Shown piece after piece: positions 50,694-60,364 of a stretch of 64,000 nucleotides of DNA. The notes under the pieces are model-generated. The model saw nothing but the letters and a program-made list of their open reading frames with translations, did not search any database and had not been told where the DNA came from. This DNA is from Nemertoderma westbladi. Its lineage: Eukaryota; Animalia; Xenacoelomorpha. Made by a program: the position numbers and the translations under genes. The stretch covers positions 1 to 64,000 of the forward strand of contig JAUCBJ010006059.1 of assembly GCA_032718475.1 (NCBI GenBank), written 5' to 3'. Each line of letters starts with the position of its first letter. Position 1 is the first letter of the stretch.

Positions 50694-53241
50694 GGTCTTT
50701 ATCCATGATTATTTACTGTGATTACTCTCAAGGGAAATCTATTTTTATAAAAGTTGATATTATTTGGGGAACCACCGATACTCCGTCGCCTTGTGAGTGA
50801 ATTTAATGGCCTTAGGTTTATGTTGACAGTTGTGCAGTTGGAGTTGATTGTCGTCGCAGTTGGGGCTACCGGTAGAACAAGGAAACGAAACGAAACTAAA
50901 ATATTTTTAATTTCGTTTCGTCAATTTCGTTTCGTTCATTGGAACCCATAATCCGGGATAAACCGAGATGGTTGATTACTAGTCGTGCTGCTGTACTTCT
51001 TTCTACTGGTAAAGTGCGAAAGTTAAAACGATTGTTATTTAAGTGCGAAAGATAAAGAGATTAGCTAATGCGAAGTAATTGAGCATAATGCTAATCAGTA
51101 AAGTAATTACTTTAGGTTTCACAATAAACATTAACTTCTATTTCAATATAGAAGAAATTCAATAAATATTTTCCAATTGGGAACTAAAAATACAGCGGTA
51201 TCACAGCCGTACCTCCAGTTGTCGACAACAATACAATCAATATAACCTGGTAAATTCGAATAATCCGTCATTTACAATTCGCCAGAATTCATGCGGAGTA
51301 GTATTAATATAACGACGGCTTCATGTTTGCTATGCGATTCCCTCTCAACCTAGAACAATCGCTATGCCCATTAGCAATCAATCCATGAGGACTCAAATCT
51401 AATTTACTTTGCATCCGAGGCTGCCGTATAGCTAACATTACCGATGCTAATGCTAGTTATACTGTATTATGCGTGATAGCCCGAACGCATTCAATTTTAC
51501 TGGCCTTTGGGCATTACTAATGCGAACTCGCTCATCTGCCATTCATTCATTTCTCCAAATGAAATTAGTATCGTCCGCAGGGCTATTTTACAGTAGATAG
51601 ATATTTGGCCGTATTGACGTAGATTACTCGCCTCTCACCTCCTACATTCGGCATAATATAATATTTATTTTCCTTTTTGGTGATTAGATGTGTGGGTGAT
51701 CCTTCGATAAGGAACTCTAATGTAAAGTTATTTTCTATTCTGACTAATTGTCACTAGTTCCTATGTATCCGTTCGGTCGAAGGTTCGAAAGTGGCGCTGC
51801 TTCGTCCCGTAATAAATTAAACCAACTATTATAGATCCGTAGTGTGCTTCCTGTGTTTGTTTCTCATCTTTGCTTACGCTGTTGCAACCAAACCCCCAGA
51901 CCTTCGATCTACCCCTTGAACCTGTACAGAGTATGGGTCCGAGAATGGGACGAAGGTCCGAAGGTGGCCGTCTGGGTCGTTTTTTTTTACTGTAATTTAT
52001 AGAAGACAAAGTTTGTTAGAGCCACAAGCAACAAACATTAGTTATTTATCATCCCATGGCGAAGGTCCGAATGACCAGGACGAAGGTCTGAATGACCAGG
52101 ACGAAGGTCCGAATGACCAGGCAAAGGTCCGAATGACCAGGACGAAGGTCCGAATTATGTAGAAATCTTTCTCACACCGTTATGTGAATTATAACTCATG
52201 CGAACATGATTTATGAAACTCTCTTATTGGCAAACGTATTTAACGAAATTTATACTGAGCAACCTGTTTACATTTACACTGCTTGGATAAGCCTTCATAC
52301 AAAGAAGAGCATAGAGCAAGGATGGCCTGTTTGCGATATTCTTGTTTAAATCGATATTTTTCACCGTACTTTCTCCAAATAAACAGTTATCTAAAACAGC
52401 GCCAAATATTTAACTCATTCTATCTTATGACCTTGGTAATAAATTTAATGGTGTAGGCCTTAGGACAATAGCTTAACATTAGGGGACGTCCACAAATCAC
52501 GTAACGCAAAGTTGGCCAATTTTTCACCCAAAAACTTTCCAACCCTCCACCCCCCTTACAGTTTATTTTACTACAGCGTAGATTTCGTTCGATGCGATAC
52601 CTTATACAGGAATCGCCCCGCGTAGACGAGGAATCTATCCCCCCCCCCCCCCCCCCCCCGTGCAGCGCCACGCTATGGATGGTATCGAACTGAAATAACT
52701 TTTTCTCTTAAATCGATACCCGCCTCGATCTTTTTCAGTGATACAATCTAAACTAGCAGTGGAAGAGGAAGATTACCTCAACAAGTGTCAAACTATATTG
52801 TTTAAATTGGATACATATCGGTATTGTTGCTTCAAATATTCAGGAACTCATATCTAAATAATCTTTCAAATACTAAGACATTCACGCATTCCAAAATCGA
52901 CTGAACGAATTAATATTTTAAACTAAGAATAGGTTTCATAAGCATAATACATATATTCCCCATCTGCAGTCAGACAAATTTTATCCAAAACTTCAATTAC
53001 TCTGTCCAAACTTTAGGCCTATTGATGATTTTTACGCCAATATCGAATTCTACGGTAATCCGTAATCGACTATTATAAATAAGATGGTATACGTCCTGTT
53101 TTGAAAATAATTTATTATAGTCACATTATTTATAAAGCGCCTTAGAGTACATTATTTAGTAGATTTGACGCTCTAAGTGCAATTTTGTTAGTATTATATT
53201 GTTATCTTTCAAACTTTGGGTTTATAAATATTATTTTGCAG

Positions 53242-53388
53242 GGGTTTTTGACTTTCGACGAATTTATTTTGGCGCTTTCCACATTAGCAAGGGGGACAAT
53301 TCCGGAGAAACTAAAATGGACATTCCAACTTTATGATCAGGATGGGGACGGATATATTTCCAAAAATGATGTTACAGATGTTACTCAG
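53242..53388 (+). CDS. KCNIP: KChIP coding exon 3 (end of EF2 and EF3)
   Basis: Acceptor TTTTGCAG|G. GFLTFDEFILALSTLARGTIPEKLKWTFQLYDQDGDGYISKNDVTDVTQ. First donor CAG|GTGAGT at 53389, phase 0. Confidence 0.93.
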
Positions 53389-54255
53389 GTGAGTTGGGAT
53401 GTTACAGATGTTACTCAGGTGAGTTGGGATGTTAAAGATGTTACTCAGGCGAGTTGGGATGTTAAAGATGTTACTCAGGTAGGTTGGGATGTTACAGATG
53501 TTACTCAGGTGAGTTGGGATGTTACAGATGTTACTCAGGTGAGTTGGGATGTTAAAGATGTTACTCAGGTAGTTTGGGATGGTACAGATGTTACTCAGGT
53601 GAGTTGGGATGTTACAGATGTTACTCAGGTGAGTTGGGATGTTACAGATGTTACTCAGGTGAGTTGGGATGTTACAGATGTTACTCAGGTGAGTTGGGAT
53701 GTTAAAGATGTTACTCAGGTAGTTTGGGATGGTACAGATGTTACTCAGGTGAGTTGGGATGTTACAGATGTTACTCAGGTGAGTTGGGATGTTACAGATG
53801 TTAGACAGGTAGGTTGGGATGGTACAGATGTTACTCAGGTGAGTTGGGATGGTACATATGTTACTCAGGTGAGTTGGGACGTTACAGATGTTACTCAGGT
53901 GAGTTGGGATGTTACAGATGTTACTCAGGTGAGTTGGGATGTTACAGATGTTACTCAGGTGAGTTGGGATGTTAAAGATGTTACTCAGGTAGTTTGGGAT
54001 GGTACAGATGTTACTCAGGTGAGTTGGGATGTTACAGATGTTACTCAGGTGAGTTGGGATGTTACAGATGTTAGACAGGTAGGTTGGGATGGTACAGATG
54101 TTACTCAGGTGAGTTGGGATGGTACAGATGTTACTCAGGTGAGTTGGGATGTTACTGATGTTACTCAGGTGAGTTGGGATGTTACAGATGTTACTCAGGT
54201 GAGTTGGGATGGTACAGATGTTACTCAGGTGAGTTGGGATGGTACAGATGTTACT
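53368..54255 (+). repeat. 30-bp minisatellite spanning the KChIP exon 3/intron 3 junction (29 full units plus a partial)
   Basis: Unit GATGTTACAGATGTTACTCAG|GTGAGTTGG = 21 exonic + 9 intronic nt. Stop-free in the KChIP frame (DVTDVTQVSW). Confidence 0.97.
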
Positions 54256-54859
54256 GCCACATCCCTCGGCGACGCTCACACGTTGCGATCTGGATGCTCT
54301 GGTCGCCTACCGCATCATGTCGGCCATTGCGGTTCATTATCGCCGAAACCTCTCCTTGCATCCTCTGGGCCGGGTAATGACCCCAGGAACGGAACTGTAA
54401 TTCAACCCATTATCCAATTACCGTAATGATTCGCAGTTGCATTCGATTTACTGATGTACAGTACATGCTTATTTCATCAGTAGATTTTAGATATGATAAC
54501 TTTTGAAGTTGTCGTGAAATAAATAAAAATTAGTTCACCGTGCTCTTTTTGCTCGAAATCCGTCAAACAATTTTTTTTAATGTATAAAAATAATCATTGG
54601 TCCCCTTAAATCTTTTTGTAAAAAAAAATGGCTCGTGAGGACTCGGGAATTGTAGGCCTACAATAAAAAGCTAATAAGTAGAACATTTTGAATAAGTCAA
54701 TATTGGTGTACTTAAAGTTATCAACGCTGTTTGGTTGATTACTGTATTATCGATATTGGTCAGCCTTACATTAAAATTAAAAGTCATGATTCGATTTAAT
54801 AACAATTTATATACAATACAAACTCCTTAGCCGCCCTCTCCACTTTGTTAAGTAGAAGT

Positions 54860-54980
54860 TGCGCATCTGTTAGCGTATTAGAGGAACTGGTATACGTATG
54901 GTCCGTATTAGAGAGCAGGGCGATGTCATCCCCAAAGTCGGTGTCTGTAACTGTATAAGCAAATACGCCGTTGCTTCTAC
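54860..54980 (-). pseudogene. Small RTE-type RT relic
   Basis: Minus strand reads VTDTDFGDDIALLSNT. Confidence 0.55.
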
Positions 54981-55485
54981 AATCTTGTAGATATCTACAG
55001 GTACAGTAGTACCGGTACAGTAAGTAGGCCTACCACATTACTGTCGCAGTGGTTTCAGTATCGGCTGACTCGGGAACCATCAACATACTTTTTTTATATC
55101 TTTTTTTCGATGTTGACTTTGAATTATTGCTTACAAATTCAATAAAATATTATTTCCATTCAGTTTGTCAGTTTTAAAATAAGAAATACAATTTCTCAAA
55201 TTGATATTTTATAAATCGTAATTTGTGAATCAAATTTATACTGAGCAATGTTCCTATAATCAAAACTGCCCAATCAGAGAGCAAGACTTGTGATAGCATG
55301 ATTTTTACATTCTAGAATTTCAAAGGGCGGTTTACAATTATTATAAACAAAGGACAGACCCCAGGTATGTCAGTTGCAAATGATAATAGTAAATAGCAGC
55401 CCAATTTCTACCTGGCGGTTATAATTGTAAATTATCGTTATACCTGTCACCGGCATGGCACCAGTATCATGTCTAAAACCAAGAC

Positions 55486-55937
55486 CATCGTAATACAAGG
55501 CCGGATCACTACATTATAGAATACCTATCTATCAGCTGATATAAGAAGTCATACTTTTTGCTTTTGGCATATTATTATTGACGTAGATAAATTACCATTA
55601 TTTGAAAGTTGCGTCATTCGAGCTGACGAAAATAAATGTAATCATATAATATATCAAATTGAAGAAGAAAGGCAGGGCATTACGATGCTTTGTGTCACGT
55701 TTGTTTGTTGGGCTTGCAATTGCATAATATCCGTTTAATTATTACTAAATATTTCACCTATTTTGCCGTGTTTTATTTAAAAAAACGTAGATAGATGTAG
55801 ATCGGGAAACTGATTATACTGTGCAAATTTCTTCAAATTCTTCGAATAACAACAACAAGTGAAAAATAATAAATAAGTATTGATCAGCTGATCGAGGGGG
55901 TGAGCACTGAGCACTGAGCAGGCCTTGTATTACGATG
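55486..55937. mobile_element. MITE, same family as 15850-16651
   Basis: CCATCGTAATACAAGGCC ... GGCCTTGTATTACGATGG perfect TIR. Confidence 0.7.
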
Positions 55938-56326
55938 GCCTTGATCTAACCAACTAAATTAGCATTTAAGAAGTGAAATATTTCCAAAATTATTAGTACA
56001 CGAGTGGGAAGCGTGGGATTCGTGCATCAGAAGCTGCAAACCATCTTATCGAACAATTATAATTATACTATGGCTAGTTATATTGGCTTCCGGCAGTTAT
56101 ATGGCAAAGACTTTTGGAAAACGGCCATCGCCATAGTATACAGTAATTATAACGGTTCGCTGATGGGATGGCTCGCATTTCGGACTCGCCCCACAGGAAT
56201 CATTGAAAACCGGCTCATGTCCCTCATGCCCTTGTATCTTAATTCAGGTTTGATGTAGGCCTTTTAAATACATAAATGTTGGCCCTATCAGTAAATCAAA
56301 GATATATTTTTCTACAACTTTTACAG

Positions 56327-56527
56327 GCGATGTACAACATGCTCGGAAAACACACCGTTCCACCAATATACCACGATGCTATTGAAGATAACGTCCGGTT
56401 ATTATTTGATAAATTTGAAAAGGATTATTACGTTGAAAGAATAAGCGAGAAGGAATTCATAGAAGGGTGTCTGCGAGATGAAACAATTATTAATTCCATT
56501 AATACTTTCGATTCAAGGCTCTGCTAA
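56327..56527 (+). CDS. KCNIP: KChIP coding exon 4 (terminal)
   Basis: Acceptor TTTTACAG|G. AMYNMLGKHTVPPI..NVRLLFDKF..ISEKEFIEGCLRDETIINSINTFD follows the KChIP IYDMMGKYTYP..EFIESCQKDENIMRSMQLFD pattern. The four exons total 798 nt, in frame to TAA. Confidence 0.92.
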   Translation, partial: AMYNMLGKHTVPPIYHDAIEDNVRLLFDKFEKDYYVERISEKEFIEGCLRDETIINSINTFDSRLC

Positions 56528-56984
56528 TAATAATACATGTCATATTGTTAAGATTTTATATTTTCTCGAAATTCCAATATTGTGAAGTACAATTAGCATA
56601 CTCTGCACTGGCAACTGTTTGTAGATTTTTACTAAATGATTATTTTATCTGAAAAATCAAGTTATTTTCACTATATTTTGTAGAAAAATTTTGTAAGAAA
56701 GTAATACTTTCGCGCACTATTATTACTTTCTACCTTTAAAATAGTGACAGAATGTCTTTCTACCCCTATTTTAGTGGCAGAAAGTACGTCACCTTAGCTC
56801 GAGAGCACCGATGCTGTGCTATTTTAATTTACAGAGTTCGAGAACCGGTTGCAGCAGCTAATTTTCGTTAATTCGAATCTATAATATTTCAATAAAATTT
56901 GATGTGATATAATCACAGCTATGGATTTTGTAGTAAGATACGCTAAATACTGCACTTCATACCTGGGGAACCTGATGAAATGAC

Positions 56985-57447
56985 CTGGAGAAGTGCCGAA
57001 ATGACCTTCATAAGGCTCAGAAAGAGTCCCGACTCAAACAGACTACAGCGGCCAAGAATGCAGTTAAGGCTGCATCTAGGTCCCTGAACAGGCAGTACTC
57101 TGTTAATCTACAGGAGCTAATAAACCAACAGGTTGATGCCATCAATGATGCTGACGACAGCAGGCAATCATCCCAGGCATGGGAATCGATCAACTTGCTT
57201 ACTGGGCGGAAAAGCCAACCAACCACCAAGGTTAAGGCTGAATCACCAGCCGATCGCCTCATTGGAAAGCCCACTTTGAAAAGCTCCTCAATAATGACAG
57301 GGTATTGCCTGAAAACTTTATAGAAGTAAAAGTGTCTGAGTCTGTACTCCCAGATATCCCCATTGGCGATATCTCCTTTGCAGAAGTGAAGGCTGCTGCA
57401 AAGAGCATTAAGACCAATCGTGCCAGTGGAGTAGATGGTGTTCCCCC
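56985..57447 (+). mobile_element. Internal RTE-type LINE fragment
   Basis: Closely matches the reverse complement of ~61495-61955 (..EVKVSESVLPDIPIGDISFAEVKAAAKSIK..GVDGVP). Confidence 0.85.
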
Positions 57448-57867
57448 TAACTACCACTTGGATACTATCTGTTTAAAATTTCATGCAATCTCAATACGAT
57501 TTAAAGAAAAAAAACTTTTTTGAGAGAGAGATGGGTTGTCCTTGAAGTCCTCCAAGTCACTGAATTAGGACACTACATTCTAAGACATTGTGTTTTGTAA
57601 TGTTCAATTGTTGGATGTGAGGATATTCATGAAATTTATAACCATTTATGCAAGAAATTAATTGCAGTTACCACAACAACTGTACGTTAAACAGTCTTAC
57701 ATTATTTATAGTATAGTTATAATTTTGGACAGAGTAAATACAATAATTTTCTATTTTAAGATTTAGATAGTATCTAACGCTACAATAGTTCCAGAATTAC
57801 ACATTATCCATTTCATTATCTTTGATTATTTATAGTTATAACAAGGTACATATAGACAACCTCGACA

Positions 57868-59025
57868 ATGTCTGAGAATATAGGCATCCCAGAAGAAGGC
57901 AAGAAGCTGTTTGAGAGCTTAAAGAAAGATAAGTTTCCAGACCTATCCGGTCACAACAATTGGATGGCAAAGTGCTTAGTTGCTAAAAAGGATATTTACA
58001 CAAAGCTTTTCGACAAGAAAACTAAAAATGGATTTAGTTTTTTGGACGCGATAAAGACAGGAATATGTAACCCGGGCCACCCGTTCATAATGACAGTAGG
58101 TTGCGTCGCTGGTGACGAGGAAAGTTACACTGAATTCGCTGATCTTTTCGACCCTGTGATCGACAAACGCCACGGTGGTTACGGGAAAGACAGAAAACAC
58201 GTGACCAACCTCGACTACACGAAGCTGAAGGGCGGAGACTTGGATCCCAAATACGTGCTGTCGTCGAGAGTTCGTACGGGCCGCAGCATAAAGGGTCTGG
58301 CGCTGCCGCCGTTCACCAACAAGGAAGATCGCAAGAAAGTAGAGAAGATAATCACCGCGGCCCTGGACACGTTAGATGGGAAGTTCAAGGGGAAATACTA
58401 CTCGTTAGAAACAATGTCCGAGGCAGACCAAGATAAGCTGATAGAAGATCACTTTCTGTTTGACAAGCCAGTCTCCCCGTTGCTGACAGCTTCCAATATG
58501 GAACGCGATTGGCCATCCGCGAGAGGAATTTGGCATAACGAAGATAAAACCTTCTTAGTTTGGGTGAATGAAGAAGACCATAGCCGCGTCATATCAATGA
58601 GGAAGGATGGGAACATGAAGGAAGTGTTCAAGCTGTTCTGCGAAGGTCTCCAGAAGGTCGAGTCGTCGATAAAGAAGGCAGGGAACTCGTTTATGTGGAA
58701 CGAGCATTTGGGATTCGTGCTCACCTGCCCTAGCAATCTGGGCACCGGGCTACGGGGTGGTGTCCACGTCAAACTCCCCAAGATGTCGGCCCACAAGGAG
58801 TTCGATAATGTGTTGACCCGTCTTCGCTTGCAGAAGCGCGGCACTGGCGGCGTCGACACCAAGGCAGAAGGGGGAGTGTTCGATATATCCAACGCCGATA
58901 GGCTGGGATTCTCCGAGGTTCAGTTGGTTCAATTCGTCGTCGATGGAGTTAACCTGCTCGTCGAGATGGAGAAATGCCTGGAGGCAGGTAAAGACATCAA
59001 AAGTCTCATCCCCAAACAGAAGTAA
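57868..59025 (+). CDS. CK: Creatine kinase (phosphagen kinase family), single domain, single coding exon
   Basis: 385 aa. [35 protein letters not shown] (CK-type GHPFI loop), [32 protein letters not shown] and [10 protein letters not shown] (Val as in CK; arginine kinases typically have Glu here). Confidence 0.93.
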   Translation: MSENIGIPEEGKKLFESLKKDKFPDLSGHNNWMAKCLVAKKDIYTKLFDKKTKNGFSFLDAIKTGICNPGHPFIMTVGCVAGDEESYTEFADLFDPVIDKRHGGYGKDRKHVTNLDYTKLKGGDLDPKYVLSSRVRTGRSIKGLALPPFTNKEDRKKVEKIITAALDTLDGKFKGKYYSLETMSEADQDKLIEDHFLFDKPVSPLLTASNMERDWPSARGIWHNEDKTFLVWVNEEDHSRVISMRKDGNMKEVFKLFCEGLQKVESSIKKAGNSFMWNEHLGFVLTCPSNLGTGLRGGVHVKLPKMSAHKEFDNVLTRLRLQKRGTGGVDTKAEGGVFDISNADRLGFSEVQLVQFVVDGVNLLVEMEKCLEAGKDIKSLIPKQK

Positions 59026-59682
59026 TACAAGACTCAATGAAATACTATTCATGTTAACTCTCACTTTATCTAGAAAGTCTTAATAATTTACCGGTGTCGT
59101 TTACTTTCAATTTTGCAAATCACATATTGATGTATTGTCGTTAGCAAAGCTAGTATATTTCATTTCTGTCCCTGTAGAAAATGAGGCAGGGGGAGGGGGG
59201 GGGGGGGGGGGGGGGGGGTCTGAATTAGCTGTAATCGTTATAATATATTCACGGCGAAGCCCCGAAATAGATTGATGAACGCATCAAAATTTAAAGATCA
59301 CCCTACACCAAGTCCCGGAAGATAGTGTCGTAATGCAGTGTCCCCCCCCTCCCCACCCACCAAAACTGTTATACAAATCTTAATAAGATTGCATGAAATT
59401 AGAAACAGAGATGGTTTCACCTCCCTTTCTGGGTGCGCCAGAATCATTATTTTTGCTTTCATTCTAAATTTTATTAGACTTTCATTTTAAAAAGTTGTCT
59501 TCGTAGATATTGTACCAGTTTCACCGCCGCTAATGGATAGTTGGCCGTGCAAGGATTCAAAATATATAACACAATCTAAATTTCGTTGAAATATAGCTGA
59601 TATGATGGCGTTCGACAGTTGCATGGTTTTGCACCTGCGCGAGGCTATTTTATTCTATTCAATAAATATACCATATTCTGTT

Positions 59683-59795
59683 TTAACTGTTTGTTTGACA
59701 CAGCTTTTGCAAAGTCGGCAATGACGTCCAGGTGGGATCGAACTGGTGACCTCCGGGTAGGAAGTCTGACGCTCTAACCATTCAGTTAGCGGCTC
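59683..59795 (-). mobile_element. tRNA-derived SINE
   Basis: Minus strand GAGCCGCTAACTGAATGGTTAGAGCGTCAGACTTCCTACCCGGAGGTCACCAGTTCGATCCC has A and B boxes. Body shared with 60086-60172. Confidence 0.7.
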
Positions 59796-60085
59796 AGGTA
59801 AAAGATAGACCTGGAAATACTATCTGATACCTTGTATGTTCGCAATATACCTCCTCATGGCTTCCCATCTGCCAATACCATCATCTGCTGCCACTGTGCT
59901 CGACCCTGCCGTACTTGGCCGTCTTTCACCACTCGCTACAATGAAAGGGCAGTGTATATTAACCATGAACCATCACGGCCACAATGATTAATTATACACT
60001 CTACCTATACTAATTTCGGAAGAACAGTTACACCCATAGTCACGTCGTGGTTAGAAACAAAGGCGGCCAAGTACTGTAGTACAAG

Positions 60086-60172
60086 TACTGACTTCCAACC
60101 GGGAGCTCACCAATTCGATCCTACCTGGACGTCATTGCCGACTTTGAAAAAGCTGTGCCCAACAAAAAGTTA
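60086..60172 (+). mobile_element. tRNA-derived SINE, second copy (5' part disrupted)
   Basis: GACTTCCAACCGGGAGCTCACCAATTCGATCCTACCTGGACGTCATTGCCGACTTTG matches 59683-59770 in inverted orientation. Confidence 0.65.
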
Positions 60173-60364
60173 TAATAATGTGAAACCACTCATTTACCCA
60201 TAAACCATAATACCAATATTCTGTTTTGGTATGTAAGAAACGTACTAGTATTATTTTTGATGTCTCGCAATGTTAGTTGTTACCCAGCTATTTATGAGAT
60301 AAATAAAATGTTACAGTTAACAGAGTAATGTATTTATATTAATTAATTAGAATATAATAGCCTC

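Noticed and set aside
53311-54279. 322-aa antisense ORF (LSNICNIPTH)n
   Set aside because: By-product of the stop-free 30-bp repeat on the opposite strand.
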